Positions 51,887-61,279 of a DNA stretch of 64,000 nucleotides are shown here, piece by piece (the stretch's first letter is position 1; the number at the start of each line of letters is the position of its first letter). The stretch is taken from positions 13,072 through 77,071 of the forward strand of contig JAFYWN010000009.1 of the NCBI GenBank assembly GCA_017558005.1, given 5' to 3'. Below the pieces are notes generated by a model. It was not told the DNA's origin. It saw nothing but the letters and a program-made list of their open reading frames with translations, and did not search any database. The position numbers were made by a program, and so were the translations under genes. The stretch is from Kiritimatiellia bacterium. GTDB lineage: Bacteria; Verrucomicrobiota; Kiritimatiellia; RFP12; DVOR01.

Positions 51887-52126
51887 GAAATTTCGCCTAC
51901 TTATCGCGAAATTTTCGCTTACCTGGGTCGGTAGAGTTGACTACTTGGCTCCAGTTTGCTACACTTTTAGTGTGCGTAGAGAAGAGTTCTGAGAAGAGGT
52001 TTGTGAGAGCGGCTTCACTGTAGGATAGACGTTCGCTATGCTTACTTCAGTGGAGGAGAAGAGGCTTTTAAGTGTGGAAGCTCCCGATGTAGTCTGCAGG
52101 CAATTTTCTTTTGTTGTCAACAAAAA

Positions 52127-52195
52127 CAATTAATCTATCCTTAACCTATCCCTAATCTATTTGAGCGACGGGCGGTTACCCGTCTAATCTATCTT
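52127..52195. repeat. second copy of the AACCTATCC / 53-nt conserved block
   Basis: 52143-52195 matches 22307-22359 (50/53). The hairpin gacggg-cggtta-cccgtc is perfect here. Confidence 0.75.
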
Positions 52196-52355
52196 TAGAG
52201 TCTCCTCCCTTAAGGAAATAAGTTTTCAAGGTTAAAAGTGCTTTTGGGGTTGTCTTTTTATCTAAAAAGGTGTAGAGTGTGGGGATATGGTTCAAGGTTC
52301 GTCGGCATCGTTGTGTCACGGGTTGAATCGTTTTCCTACATTACGAGGAAAAAAC

Positions 52356-55109
52356 ATGAAAAAATTACTACTCATGCTTTGTCTGCTCATGGGGTATGTT
52401 ACCCTCCACGCAGCGACTGCCACAGTTAATGGTATTACTTGGAACTACAGTGTTTCAAATGGTGAAGTGACAATTGGGAGCGGTGATTGGAGTTCTCCTG
52501 CAATCCCATCATCAACAAGTGGAGCGATTACCATTCCCTCCACCCTTGGTGGGTGCCCTGTGACCTCAATTGGGGATTCTGCGTTTTTTGGTTGCTCAAG
52601 TTTGACCTCGGTAACGATTCCCGAAGGAGTGACCAAAATTGGGGATAGTGCGTTTGTATTGTGTATTAATTTGACCTCTGTGACAATTCCTTCAAGTGTG
52701 ACATCATTTGGCGAGGGGGCATTTGTAGACTGTTTTAGTTTGACTTCTATAACAATTCCCAAAGGTGTAGTGGACGAGTTTTCTATTTTTGCAGATACGT
52801 TTTCTGATTGTCGTAGTTTACAAGCATTTAATGTGGCCCCTGAAAATGCGGCTTTTGCATCATTGAATGGATTGCTTTTGAGTAAGGATGGGAAAACACT
52901 ACTCAAGTGCCCCCAAGGTTTAACTTCAGTAACAATCCCTCAAAGTGTAACCAAAATTGATGATTATGCGTTTGGGAGGTGTTTTAATCTAACTTCAGTA
53001 ACAATCCCCTCAAGTGTTACCTCCATCGGTGATGAGGCATTTTCAGCGTGCCATGCTTTAACCTCTGTGACAATTCCTTCAAGTGTGAAAACGATTGGAT
53101 TTTTGGCATTTAGGCGTTGTATTAATTTGCGATCTGTAACAATTCCATCGAGCGTGACCTCAATGGGTTGGGGAGCATTTAGCACTTGTGCCAATTTGAC
53201 TTCGGTAATCTTCAAAGGTAGGCCACCAGAAGTAGACTTTGATGATTACAATTATTATGGTGTTGATGAAGACCAGGTGTTTGACGGTGTTTTTACTGCG
53301 ACAGGTTATTATTTACCTGAATATGCGGCAGACTGGGAATCTGAGCTTTGGAATGAGGAATTGGAAATTCAGGAAGTTTTCTGGGAAGGTATACGGATGT
53401 GTTTGATGAAAACGCGTCCGTCACCCTCTCCTTCGTCACTATCATCTTCTTCCTATCAAATCCCCCTCCCTTATCCTGCGGCAAGTTTTACCGCGACGCC
53501 TGTCGGCATGGAGCAAGTGACCTTGAAGGTGGCGGCAGCGAAGGGTTATGTCTTTGCTGGTTGGCATAAGGATAACGCATTTACTGAAGCTTGTGATTCC
53601 ACCTTGGCGGATTATCGTAATCCGACGTATACTTACAATGTTGGCGCTGAGAATGTGAATTTCAATGCACACTTTGTGACGGTTGAAGAGGATACGAAGT
53701 TAGATTTGGTTGAAACAAAAGCGATTACTCCGAAAGGAAATGATCAGCGTGCGATTCAATTGGTGATTGACTCGTATTCGCTCCCGAAGGTTTCTGTGAA
53801 GGAACTTCCTGCTGGCATGAAGTTTACTGCGAAGCCGGTGATGAAGAAGGGCTCCAAGACCGAGGTGGAATATCCTGCAAATACCATTTATGGTACGCCG
53901 ACGAAGCCAGGCATTTATACCGTGACTGTGTCGCTCACGAATACGACTGTGAAAAAGGCGGTTACGAAGACCTTTAACATTGAAGTCCCGAATTTGAAGG
54001 CAGCGAATGATTACTTTGAATCTGGACTCGAAAATGGCGAAGGTGAATCATACAAAGTTACCACGGGTGTTGGTGATTTGAGTGATTTGCCATCGCTTCG
54101 TTTAAAGAATTCAAACAATAAGCTTGCAGTGAGTGGTTTGCCCGCAGGCTTGAAGTATGATGCAAAAACCGGTCAGATTATTGGTGTGCCCACAAAGGCG
54201 GGGGATTATGCGGTGACACTGACTGTGACCGAGGGTAAAATTAAGTCTATCTCAACCATCACAGTTGAAGTTGAACCCTTGCCCGAATGGGTGCAGACCA
54301 CCTTTGAAGGTGATTGGTATGAGTACGGTTGGTACGATTGGTATTTTTATAGTAACGATTACTCACCCAACTATGAACAACTCGGTCGTTTTACAATGAC
54401 TGTTTCGAATACAGGCAAGGCCTCCGTAAAGATGACTTTGGCCGATACGTCTGACTCAGTGTCGGTTACTGATCAATTCGTCGTTGAAAAGGTGAACGAA
54501 GATACGTATAGGTTTACTGGCGAGTCTAAGGTGATAGACTATAAAGGGGAGATTACCTTCACGATTGAACGGAGTGAATATGATGGAACATCGCGCGGTG
54601 TGATAACGGATTTCGTGCTTGATGGTCTGAATCCCAAAAATGAGATGCCGTTTGTTATCGAAGCAGAAGCTTGGGAAGATGTGTGGTCAAACACTTCGGT
54701 CTCCTTGCCAACGATTGAAAAAACAGAGATGTTTACCTGCTACTTTGAAGAATATGAAGGTGAGATTTACGGCGATCTTACCTTAGAATTTAAGGCCAAT
54801 AGTAATACGGTGACATCTTCCTTTATTTTTGACGTAGAAATAGAGGATTACGACGGAGAGCCTCTCTATGCTCCCTCTGACAATAGAACAATGACAAAAT
54901 GTACTTCTCAAATCGTAATCACCGATTATGATGCTGAGCAGGGACTCTATTCTGCCATCGTCCCGCTTTACATGAAGCATAAAGAGGATGGAGACTGGTA
55001 TGACCTTGGTTTCATTGTGCCGTTAACCATTAACGAGGATGGTGACGTGAAGATTGATTGGGATTCCGTTATCTCTACACATGACGACTGGGGTTTCGGC
55101 TACTGGTAA
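52356..55109 (+). CDS. surface protein with BspA-type leucine-rich repeats and putative Ig-like (He_PIG-type) domains
   Basis: Signal peptide MKKLLLMLCLLMGYVTLHA. ~10 repeats of the IP.SVT.IG..AF..C..LTSVTIP type. Later LPAGMKF...GTPTKPGIYTV and LPAGLKYDAKTGQIIGVPTKAGDYAV. Confidence 0.8.
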   Translation: MKKLLLMLCLLMGYVTLHAATATVNGITWNYSVSNGEVTIGSGDWSSPAIPSSTSGAITIPSTLGGCPVTSIGDSAFFGCSSLTSVTIPEGVTKIGDSAFVLCINLTSVTIPSSVTSFGEGAFVDCFSLTSITIPKGVVDEFSIFADTFSDCRSLQAFNVAPENAAFASLNGLLLSKDGKTLLKCPQGLTSVTIPQSVTKIDDYAFGRCFNLTSVTIPSSVTSIGDEAFSACHALTSVTIPSSVKTIGFLAFRRCINLRSVTIPSSVTSMGWGAFSTCANLTSVIFKGRPPEVDFDDYNYYGVDEDQVFDGVFTATGYYLPEYAADWESELWNEELEIQEVFWEGIRMCLMKTRPSPSPSSLSSSSYQIPLPYPAASFTATPVGMEQVTLKVAAAKGYVFAGWHKDNAFTEACDSTLADYRNPTYTYNVGAENVNFNAHFVTVEEDTKLDLVETKAITPKGNDQRAIQLVIDSYSLPKVSVKELPAGMKFTAKPVMKKGSKTEVEYPANTIYGTPTKPGIYTVTVSLTNTTVKKAVTKTFNIEVPNLKAANDYFESGLENGEGESYKVTTGVGDLSDLPSLRLKNSNNKLAVSGLPAGLKYDAKTGQIIGVPTKAGDYAVTLTVTEGKIKSISTITVEVEPLPEWVQTTFEGDWYEYGWYDWYFYSNDYSPNYEQLGRFTMTVSNTGKASVKMTLADTSDSVSVTDQFVVEKVNEDTYRFTGESKVIDYKGEITFTIERSEYDGTSRGVITDFVLDGLNPKNEMPFVIEAEAWEDVWSNTSVSLPTIEKTEMFTCYFEEYEGEIYGDLTLEFKANSNTVTSSFIFDVEIEDYDGEPLYAPSDNRTMTKCTSQIVITDYDAEQGLYSAIVPLYMKHKEDGDWYDLGFIVPLTINEDGDVKIDWDSVISTHDDWGFGYW

Positions 55110-55136
55110 GTATCTTTGAGCTGAGTCAATTCAGAT

Positions 55137-55174
55137 GGAAAGCGCATCTTCAAAAGGTGCGCTTTCTGTTTGTT
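55137..55174 (+). terminator. intrinsic terminator
   Basis: ggaaagcgca / tgcgctttct stem, 11-nt loop, tgtttgtt. Confidence 0.65.
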
Positions 55175-55347
55175 AAGAGGGATGCCACAGGGACTATGTT
55201 TGCTCATTTTAAACGTATGATTGTTGATTGAAAAAGCAAGTGGACAGGCAATTCTGTTCCACCTACCCACGTACTTTTTCAATCAACAAGTCTGTGTTTG
55301 ATTGTGGGGGTAGTGGTGTGGAGAAAATGTGATATAATTGAAGTATT

Positions 55348-56385
55348 ATGGAACTGTATTTGCCAAAATCATTAGTGGAATCGCCGTGGGCTATCTATTT
55401 AGCAGATAAGGCGATTAAGAAGGCGCGACTGTGCGTCGGGCGTCCAGATCGTGTAATCTTGCCGCAGGGATGTCTTGATCAACAGATGTATTACCGCTTA
55501 ATGAATGAGGCGGCATTAAATGGGTTGCGGTGTGAGGTTCGCGCAACTGTGCCCGAGGCGACGACTGCCTTTATGGCATTCGCTGATGCGGAACCGCTCG
55601 AATTGCAGTTGCCTCCTGGTTTATGTGATTGCCATGCGCACACGCAGTTTGCTTATTGTGGGCGTGGTATTGATTTGCTGGATGCTGCTGCATTGTCGCA
55701 GGCTGTGGGGGTGCAGACGCAGTGTTTTACTGAACACGCCTTCGCACTTTACTTTGGTTCGGATGCTTTAAAGTTTAAGTGGCAGAATGATGAGGCGGAG
55801 GTCGCTCGCGCTTGGGCAGATCCGAATCATGTCCGCATGAAGCCTTATCGCGAGTTGATTGCCGCGGTGCGTCCGCTTTTGGGGGATCGTGTTCGCTTTG
55901 GGCTTGAGGTGGATCTCTTGAAGGATGGCAAGTTCTGTTTAGCCCCTGAGGATTATGAGGGTTGGGATTATCTGATTGGTGCGGTGCACGAGATTGCAGA
56001 TGTGGACATTAAGACCATCTCTGATGCCGAACTTGAAAAGAAGTGGTTGCGCGATGTTGAGACGCTCTTGGCGCAGCCGATTCGCATCTTGGCGCATCCT
56101 TTCCGTTACTTCCCTTGGTACAAACGTCCAGTGCCGCGCCACTTGTACAAGCCTGTGGCGAAATTGCTCAAGCAGGCAGGGGTGGCCGCGGAGATTAACC
56201 ATCATAAGAATGCGTTTGAATTAGACTTTTTTGTGGAGTGCCTCTCGGAAGGGGTGCAGTTGTCGTTGGGTACGGATGCGCATGTGACGCGTCAAGCTGG
56301 CGATCTTTGGCCGCACTTACAGACGCTTGAGGCGCTGGGTTTGGATACTGCAGAAAAACGTGCGGCACATGTGTTGTCGCTCTAA
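55348..56385 (+). CDS. PHP-domain phosphoesterase (histidinol-phosphatase family)
   Basis: CDCHAHTQF, GAVHE, LAHPFRY, LGTDAH metal-ligand blocks. Confidence 0.7.
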   Translation: MELYLPKSLVESPWAIYLADKAIKKARLCVGRPDRVILPQGCLDQQMYYRLMNEAALNGLRCEVRATVPEATTAFMAFADAEPLELQLPPGLCDCHAHTQFAYCGRGIDLLDAAALSQAVGVQTQCFTEHAFALYFGSDALKFKWQNDEAEVARAWADPNHVRMKPYRELIAAVRPLLGDRVRFGLEVDLLKDGKFCLAPEDYEGWDYLIGAVHEIADVDIKTISDAELEKKWLRDVETLLAQPIRILAHPFRYFPWYKRPVPRHLYKPVAKLLKQAGVAAEINHHKNAFELDFFVECLSEGVQLSLGTDAHVTRQAGDLWPHLQTLEALGLDTAEKRAAHVLSL

Positions 56386-56398
56386 ACGGAGGACTGGA

Positions 56399-57193
56399 AT
56401 GAAGTTGTGTTTATTGGGTGCTTTATGGGGTGATATCTGCGGGGTGCCGTATGAGTTTTGCCCCGAACGGAATACTGCGAAGATTAATTTGAATCATCCG
56501 TTCCGTATGATTTCGGACGATTCAATTTTGACCTTGGCCGTGGCGAAGGCAATCTTGGAGCAACGTCCCTACCGCGATGTGATTTTCGAAATGGCCCAAC
56601 AGTATCCCGACGCAGGGTGGGGGGGCATGTTCTATCGCGAATGGGTGCAGAAGAAGAACCCGATTCCTTACAATAGTTTTGGCAATGGTGCCGCGATGCG
56701 TGTGTCGCCTGTGGCATGGGCATTTAACACGGTAGAAGACGTCCTGCGTGAAGCGGCGGCAACCGCCGCCTGCTCGCACAATCATCCCAAGGGAATTGAG
56801 TGTGCGCAAGCGACTGCTCTCGCCATCTTCCTGGCACGTAAGGGACAGGATAAGGCGGATATTTGCGCAGAGATTACGGAACGCTTTGGGTATGAACTGA
56901 CCAATGATTTGGAACAGTTGCGTTATGAGGCCGAAGCGGTGGGCTTTGATGAAACATGGGTCTCCGTGCCACAAGCGATTAGCGCCTTCTTGTCGACGAA
57001 TTCCTTTGAGGAATGTTTGCTTGAAACAATTGCCCTGGGCTGCGATGCAGATACGCAGGCGGCCATCTCGTGCGCAATTGCTGAAGCGTACTATGGCGTA
57101 GATGAAGCCCTTGCCAATAAGGTGACCTTCTTCTTAAATCCGCAACTGAAAAAGATCTGGAGCGCCTTCTCTACGCGTTACGGAGTGGAATAA
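56399..57193 (+). CDS. ADP-ribosylglycohydrolase family protein
   Basis: LGALWGDICGVPYEF, ISDDSILT, GNGAAMRVSP, GCDADTQAAISCAIAEAYYG. ATG at 56399 with a ggagg RBS. Confidence 0.8.
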   Translation: MKLCLLGALWGDICGVPYEFCPERNTAKINLNHPFRMISDDSILTLAVAKAILEQRPYRDVIFEMAQQYPDAGWGGMFYREWVQKKNPIPYNSFGNGAAMRVSPVAWAFNTVEDVLREAAATAACSHNHPKGIECAQATALAIFLARKGQDKADICAEITERFGYELTNDLEQLRYEAEAVGFDETWVSVPQAISAFLSTNSFEECLLETIALGCDADTQAAISCAIAEAYYGVDEALANKVTFFLNPQLKKIWSAFSTRYGVE

Positions 57194-57963
57194 TGTACCG
57201 ACAGCAAGTTTCTACGGAAGCGATCCAACAGGATATTTTGGTCTTAGAGGGTGAACTCGCCCATCATTTACTGCATGTGCTACGTGCGACTGAAGGCACG
57301 GAAGTGGGTGCATTTGATGGGGCGGGGCAGACGCGTCTCTACCATGTGGTCGCCCGAAACACCACCTCGCTCACGTTGGAAGCGAAACAACCCGTCTTTT
57401 CTGCCACGGAAGCGCCCGTAGAGACTGTGCTGTTTGCCTGCATCCCGAAGGGGGATCGCATGGAGTGGTTGCTTGAAAAGGCAACCGAACTGGGCGTTTC
57501 GAAGATCGTTCCCGTGATGAGTGCACGCACGGTGGTGCGGTTGGATAAACGTCAAGCCGAGGCCAAACGGGCACGTTGGCAACGCATTGTGGAGGCGGCT
57601 TCCCGTCAGTGCGGCGCCGCCTTTGTGCCCGAAGTCCTTGAACCGCAACCCTTCTCGGCGACCCTCCCCCTGATGAAGGCGTGCACCACCTTAATTGTTG
57701 CCGCATTAATCCCCGAAGCCCAACCCTTAAAGCCGGTTTTGGACACCTTAAATCCTCTGCAAAAGGGTCAAGTATGGGGGTGGTGGTGTGGCCCAGAGGG
57801 CGATTTTACGAAGGAAGAGATGCAGATCATTTTGGACTGTGGCGCACTCCCGGTCACCTTAGGTCCGCTCATTCTTCGTGCGGAAACGGCGGCAATTTAT
57901 GGGTTGGCGAACTTAGGTTGCGCGCGCAATAATACCGCTTTTGGCGAAGGTGAGTGCTTATGA
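57193..57963 (+). CDS. rsmE: 16S rRNA (uracil1498-N3)-methyltransferase
   Basis: HHLLHVLR PUA-like N-terminus, KGDRMEWLLEKATELGV, GPEGDFT, LGPLILRAETA. Confidence 0.85.
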   Translation: MYRQQVSTEAIQQDILVLEGELAHHLLHVLRATEGTEVGAFDGAGQTRLYHVVARNTTSLTLEAKQPVFSATEAPVETVLFACIPKGDRMEWLLEKATELGVSKIVPVMSARTVVRLDKRQAEAKRARWQRIVEAASRQCGAAFVPEVLEPQPFSATLPLMKACTTLIVAALIPEAQPLKPVLDTLNPLQKGQVWGWWCGPEGDFTKEEMQIILDCGALPVTLGPLILRAETAAIYGLANLGCARNNTAFGEGECL

Positions 57964-58793
57964 ATGGTGAACTCTTTAATGCCGTCGGCATCGTTGGGAT
58001 TGGCTTAATTGGCGGCTCCTTAGCAAAGGATATTCGCACCTTTGGTTTGGCGCGACGCATTCTCGGGTGGAATCGTACTCGCGCCCATGCCGAACGTGCA
58101 CTGGAATTAGGCTTAGTGGATGAGGTCGCCGACGAGATTGAGGCCGTGCTTGAACAATGTGACCTCGTGGTCCTCGCGATGCCTGTGAATGTCTTGGCAG
58201 AACGTTTACCGCGCTTCTTAGATAAAGCACGTCTCGGTCAGATCTTTATTGACGTGGGCTCCACGAAGCAGGCGCTCGTGGATGCTGTGAAGGATCACCC
58301 CAATCGTGCGGCATTCGTCGCCTGTCACCCGATGGCGGGCACCGAACGTAGCGGCCCCGATGCGGCCATTGATAATCTCTTCAGAAATCGCTTTACTCTC
58401 TTGATTGATCCGCAACAGAGCGCACCTGAGGCGGTGGATAAGGTGAGCAAGCTTTGGAAGTCGGTCGGTGCGGTGTTGGCTACGATGACCGCCGAAGAGC
58501 ATGACCGCACGGCCGCCTTGCTCTCGCACATGCCACACGTCCTTGCTTATGCATTGGCACGCACCATTAAGGAGGCCGAACGCAACCAAGCCTTGAATGC
58601 GCGTTTTGCTGGGGGGGGCTTAGCCTCAATGACCCGCATCGCCCATTCGCCGATTTCGATGTGGCAACCCATCTTTAAGCAAAACAAGGCCTATCTGCTC
58701 TCGGCAATTGATGTCTTTGAAAAGCATTTGCAAGCTTTTCGTAAGGCGATTGCCGAAGAGGATGACACGCTTTTAAATGATCTCATGAAGTGA
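57960..58793 (+). CDS. tyrA: prephenate dehydrogenase
   Basis: VGIVGIGLIGGSLA Rossmann motif, DVGSTK, HPMAGTERSG. The start overlaps the rsmE stop (ATGA). Confidence 0.85.
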   Translation: MNGELFNAVGIVGIGLIGGSLAKDIRTFGLARRILGWNRTRAHAERALELGLVDEVADEIEAVLEQCDLVVLAMPVNVLAERLPRFLDKARLGQIFIDVGSTKQALVDAVKDHPNRAAFVACHPMAGTERSGPDAAIDNLFRNRFTLLIDPQQSAPEAVDKVSKLWKSVGAVLATMTAEEHDRTAALLSHMPHVLAYALARTIKEAERNQALNARFAGGGLASMTRIAHSPISMWQPIFKQNKAYLLSAIDVFEKHLQAFRKAIAEEDDTLLNDLMK

Positions 58794-58804
58794 GGGAGGA
58801 CGAT

Positions 58805-59071
58805 ATGGCGAAAGAAGTTTTAATGATGGTAATGGCGGGGTGCCCGCACTGTCAGCGTGCACGCCAAATGATGGATGAACTCTTTGCAGCGCATCCAGAA
58901 TACAAGCAAGTTCCCCTCAAATGCGTGGATGAAACGGTGGAGAAGGAATTTGCAGCGTCATTGGATTACTACTATGTGCCCACCTTCTTTGTGGCGGGTC
59001 AAAAATTACACGAAGGCCGCCCAACCCTTGAAGCGATTGAACGCGTCTTTCAAGCGGCCTTGATGCCTTAA
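58805..59071 (+). CDS. small thioredoxin-fold (glutaredoxin-like) protein
   Basis: 88 aa with a CPHC active-site motif near the N-terminus; RBS gagggagga. Confidence 0.65.
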   Translation: MAKEVLMMVMAGCPHCQRARQMMDELFAAHPEYKQVPLKCVDETVEKEFAASLDYYYVPTFFVAGQKLHEGRPTLEAIERVFQAALMP

Positions 59072-59108
59072 CGCATTTCTCGCGAATATTCCCGCGATGC
59101 ACTTTAAA

Positions 59109-59142
59109 GGCGACCTCATCTGCGGATGGGGTCGTCTTTTTT
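59109..59142 (+). terminator. intrinsic terminator
   Basis: ggcgacctcatc-tgcg-gatggggtcgtc stem followed by tttttt. Confidence 0.65.
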
Positions 59143-59300
59143 GCTCACGCGCAGGTTGAGACTAAATCATGATGTGAAATTATGTTGAGTGGATGTTAGG
59201 GGCGCGAGATGATGACGGGCACAAGAAAGGCGTGGACGTGTGCTTGGAGACACGGGGCGCGAGGATACACGCACTTCTTGATGGAGTAGTTCCCGCCTAA

Positions 59301-60230
59301 TTAGGCGCGAGGGAAGAAGTTTTTAAAGGTCTTTTTGAGCTTCGCGTCGGAGACGTGGGTATAGATTTGGGTTGTTGCGACGGAGGCGTGGCCGAGAAGG
59401 TCGCGGATGTCTAAAAGCGGAGCATCGTGGTCGAGAAGGTGGGTGGCGAAGGCATGCCGAAGGACGTGCGGTGTGACGTGGGAGGCATCGCCAGGAAGGT
59501 TTTGGCGAATGCGGTCGCGCACAATTTTGGAGAGGATGTCTCGACGTAAGGGTTTGCCACGCGGGGAGAGAAAGAAGGGCGCCACAGGGGAGAGGAGTTG
59601 GCGGGCACGCTTGCCTTTATCAACACTTTCCGCGTAGTGGGTGCGCCATGTGAGGTATTTGAGGAGGGCCTCCTTGGCAGGTTTTCCAAAGGGGACGACG
59701 CGTTCTTTATTGCCCTTTCCGCAGACGCGCAGACGTTGTTGGGTGAAATCAACGTCATGCAGGGAGAGTCCGCAGAGTTCGGAGCAACGCAATCCGCACC
59801 CGTAAAGCACCTCCAAAACTGCCCGATCGCGTAAATCAAGCGGCCCCTCTTCGGTCAGATTATCGATGAGCTTGCCCAAGGTCTCTTCTGCAATGGTGCG
59901 TGGCAACTCTTGCGGACGCTTGCTGGAGGGGAAGATATCGGTGGGATTTACAGGGATGCGCTCTTCTTCCAATAACCACGTAAAGAAGGATTTGAGGGAG
60001 GCAGTATTGCGCAGGAGGGAGCGATCGGCAAATCCACGTTGGCGCAAATGGGAGAGATAGTCGATAAGGTCTTTCGAGTTGACTTCTGTCAATGTCGTTA
60101 GGTTGCGCTTGGCAAGGAATGCTAAACAGCCCATGAGGTCGGACCGATAGGCATAAAGCGTTGCCGGCGCAAGGCCGCGACTGTAGCGCATGGCATCTAA
60201 AAAGTCATTGAGCGCTGTGACCATGTCCAC
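59301..60230 (-). CDS. tyrosine recombinase, XerC/XerD family
   Basis: N-terminal SAM-like domain (LAPATLYAYRSDL), C-terminal HVLRHAFATHLL and GHASVATTQIYTHV. Confidence 0.88.
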   Translation of the reverse strand: MDMVTALNDFLDAMRYSRGLAPATLYAYRSDLMGCLAFLAKRNLTTLTEVNSKDLIDYLSHLRQRGFADRSLLRNTASLKSFFTWLLEEERIPVNPTDIFPSSKRPQELPRTIAEETLGKLIDNLTEEGPLDLRDRAVLEVLYGCGLRCSELCGLSLHDVDFTQQRLRVCGKGNKERVVPFGKPAKEALLKYLTWRTHYAESVDKGKRARQLLSPVAPFFLSPRGKPLRRDILSKIVRDRIRQNLPGDASHVTPHVLRHAFATHLLDHDAPLLDIRDLLGHASVATTQIYTHVSDAKLKKTFKNFFPRA

Positions 60231-60245
60231 GTCCGATAGGGAAAC

Positions 60246-61241
60246 TTACCCTTGTTGTTGACACAAACCGAGTTCGTTAAAGGTCGCCTTGAGTGCATCC
60301 AAACTGTCGGCCTGCGGTGCGACAACGCAGATCTTCCCTGGATAAATTTGATACCCTTCGCGATAAAAGGCAGGGGTGAGATTGGGCATAAAGACGTTGG
60401 CGCCAGAGGTGAGCCCAAGGGTGCGCCCATTGAGCGGGTCAAGGGTGGAGAGCGCCGTGGTCGAAGGAATGTTGGCATTCGGTAAAAGCAACCGCGTCAG
60501 CGCGTAACACCGACAGGTAAAGTCCGCCGAAACGGGCACCTCGGAGGTCTGATCACTCTGCCCCAAGGGTGTCTCTGGGTGCTTGAGGTAGGGGCCGAGT
60601 CCAACCATGTCCAACTTCAATTCTGCAAAGGTGAGCAAATCCTCCACGACAGAATCAAGCGTTTGCCCAGGAATACCCAACATCACCCCACTGCCGATTT
60701 CGTACCCTTGCGCCTTCATTCGTTTGAGTTGGGCGATGCGTGGGTGCTCCTCTGTCTGCGGACTGCCAGGGTGAATCCGATTGAAGAGGGAGCGGTCCGT
60801 GGTTTCAAAGCGTAAGAGATAACGGTCTGCACCTGCCGCCTTCCATGCCGCCGTGTCGGCTTCGCTCCGTTCGCCGAGGGAGAGGGTAATCTTTTGTCCT
60901 GTCTCTGCCTTAATGCGACGAATCAATTGCGAGATGCGCGCTTGCGTCCAGAGGCGTTCACATTCACCCGCTTGCAATACCACCGTGCCGAAATTGAGCT
61001 CTGCCGCCAAAGCCGCACACGCCACGATTTCGTCGTCTTGCATGGCATAACGGCGTACGTTGGGATTCTCATGGCGCATCCCACAGTAGAGACAATTGCG
61101 GTCGCAGATACTGGAAAGTTCAATGAGCCCACGCAAAAAGACCCCATTGCCTTTGGTCGCATGGCGTACGCGACGTGCTTCCGCGAATAAGGCGTCGGCA
61201 GTGGGAGCGGTGAGATAACTTAAAATGGCTTCGCGTGTCAT
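60246..61241 (-). CDS. hydE: [FeFe]-hydrogenase maturase HydE (radical SAM)
   Basis: CDRNCLYCGM (Cx3Cx2C), GADRYLLRFET, NIPSTTA, GANVFMPNLTP...YQIYPGK. These track Thermotoga HydE blocks as I recall them. ATG at 61241 preferred. Confidence 0.8.
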   Translation of the reverse strand: MTREAILSYLTAPTADALFAEARRVRHATKGNGVFLRGLIELSSICDRNCLYCGMRHENPNVRRYAMQDDEIVACAALAAELNFGTVVLQAGECERLWTQARISQLIRRIKAETGQKITLSLGERSEADTAAWKAAGADRYLLRFETTDRSLFNRIHPGSPQTEEHPRIAQLKRMKAQGYEIGSGVMLGIPGQTLDSVVEDLLTFAELKLDMVGLGPYLKHPETPLGQSDQTSEVPVSADFTCRCYALTRLLLPNANIPSTTALSTLDPLNGRTLGLTSGANVFMPNLTPAFYREGYQIYPGKICVVAPQADSLDALKATFNELGLCQQQG

Positions 61242-61279
61242 GGAAAGCGCGGGAGAAGGGTGGAGTGCAGCGGGGTGCC

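Noticed and set aside
59301-60230. Tyrosine recombinase as the integrase of a mobile element
   Set aside because: Its domain layout and motifs are those of housekeeping XerC/XerD. No flanking direct repeats, tRNA target or cargo genes are present.
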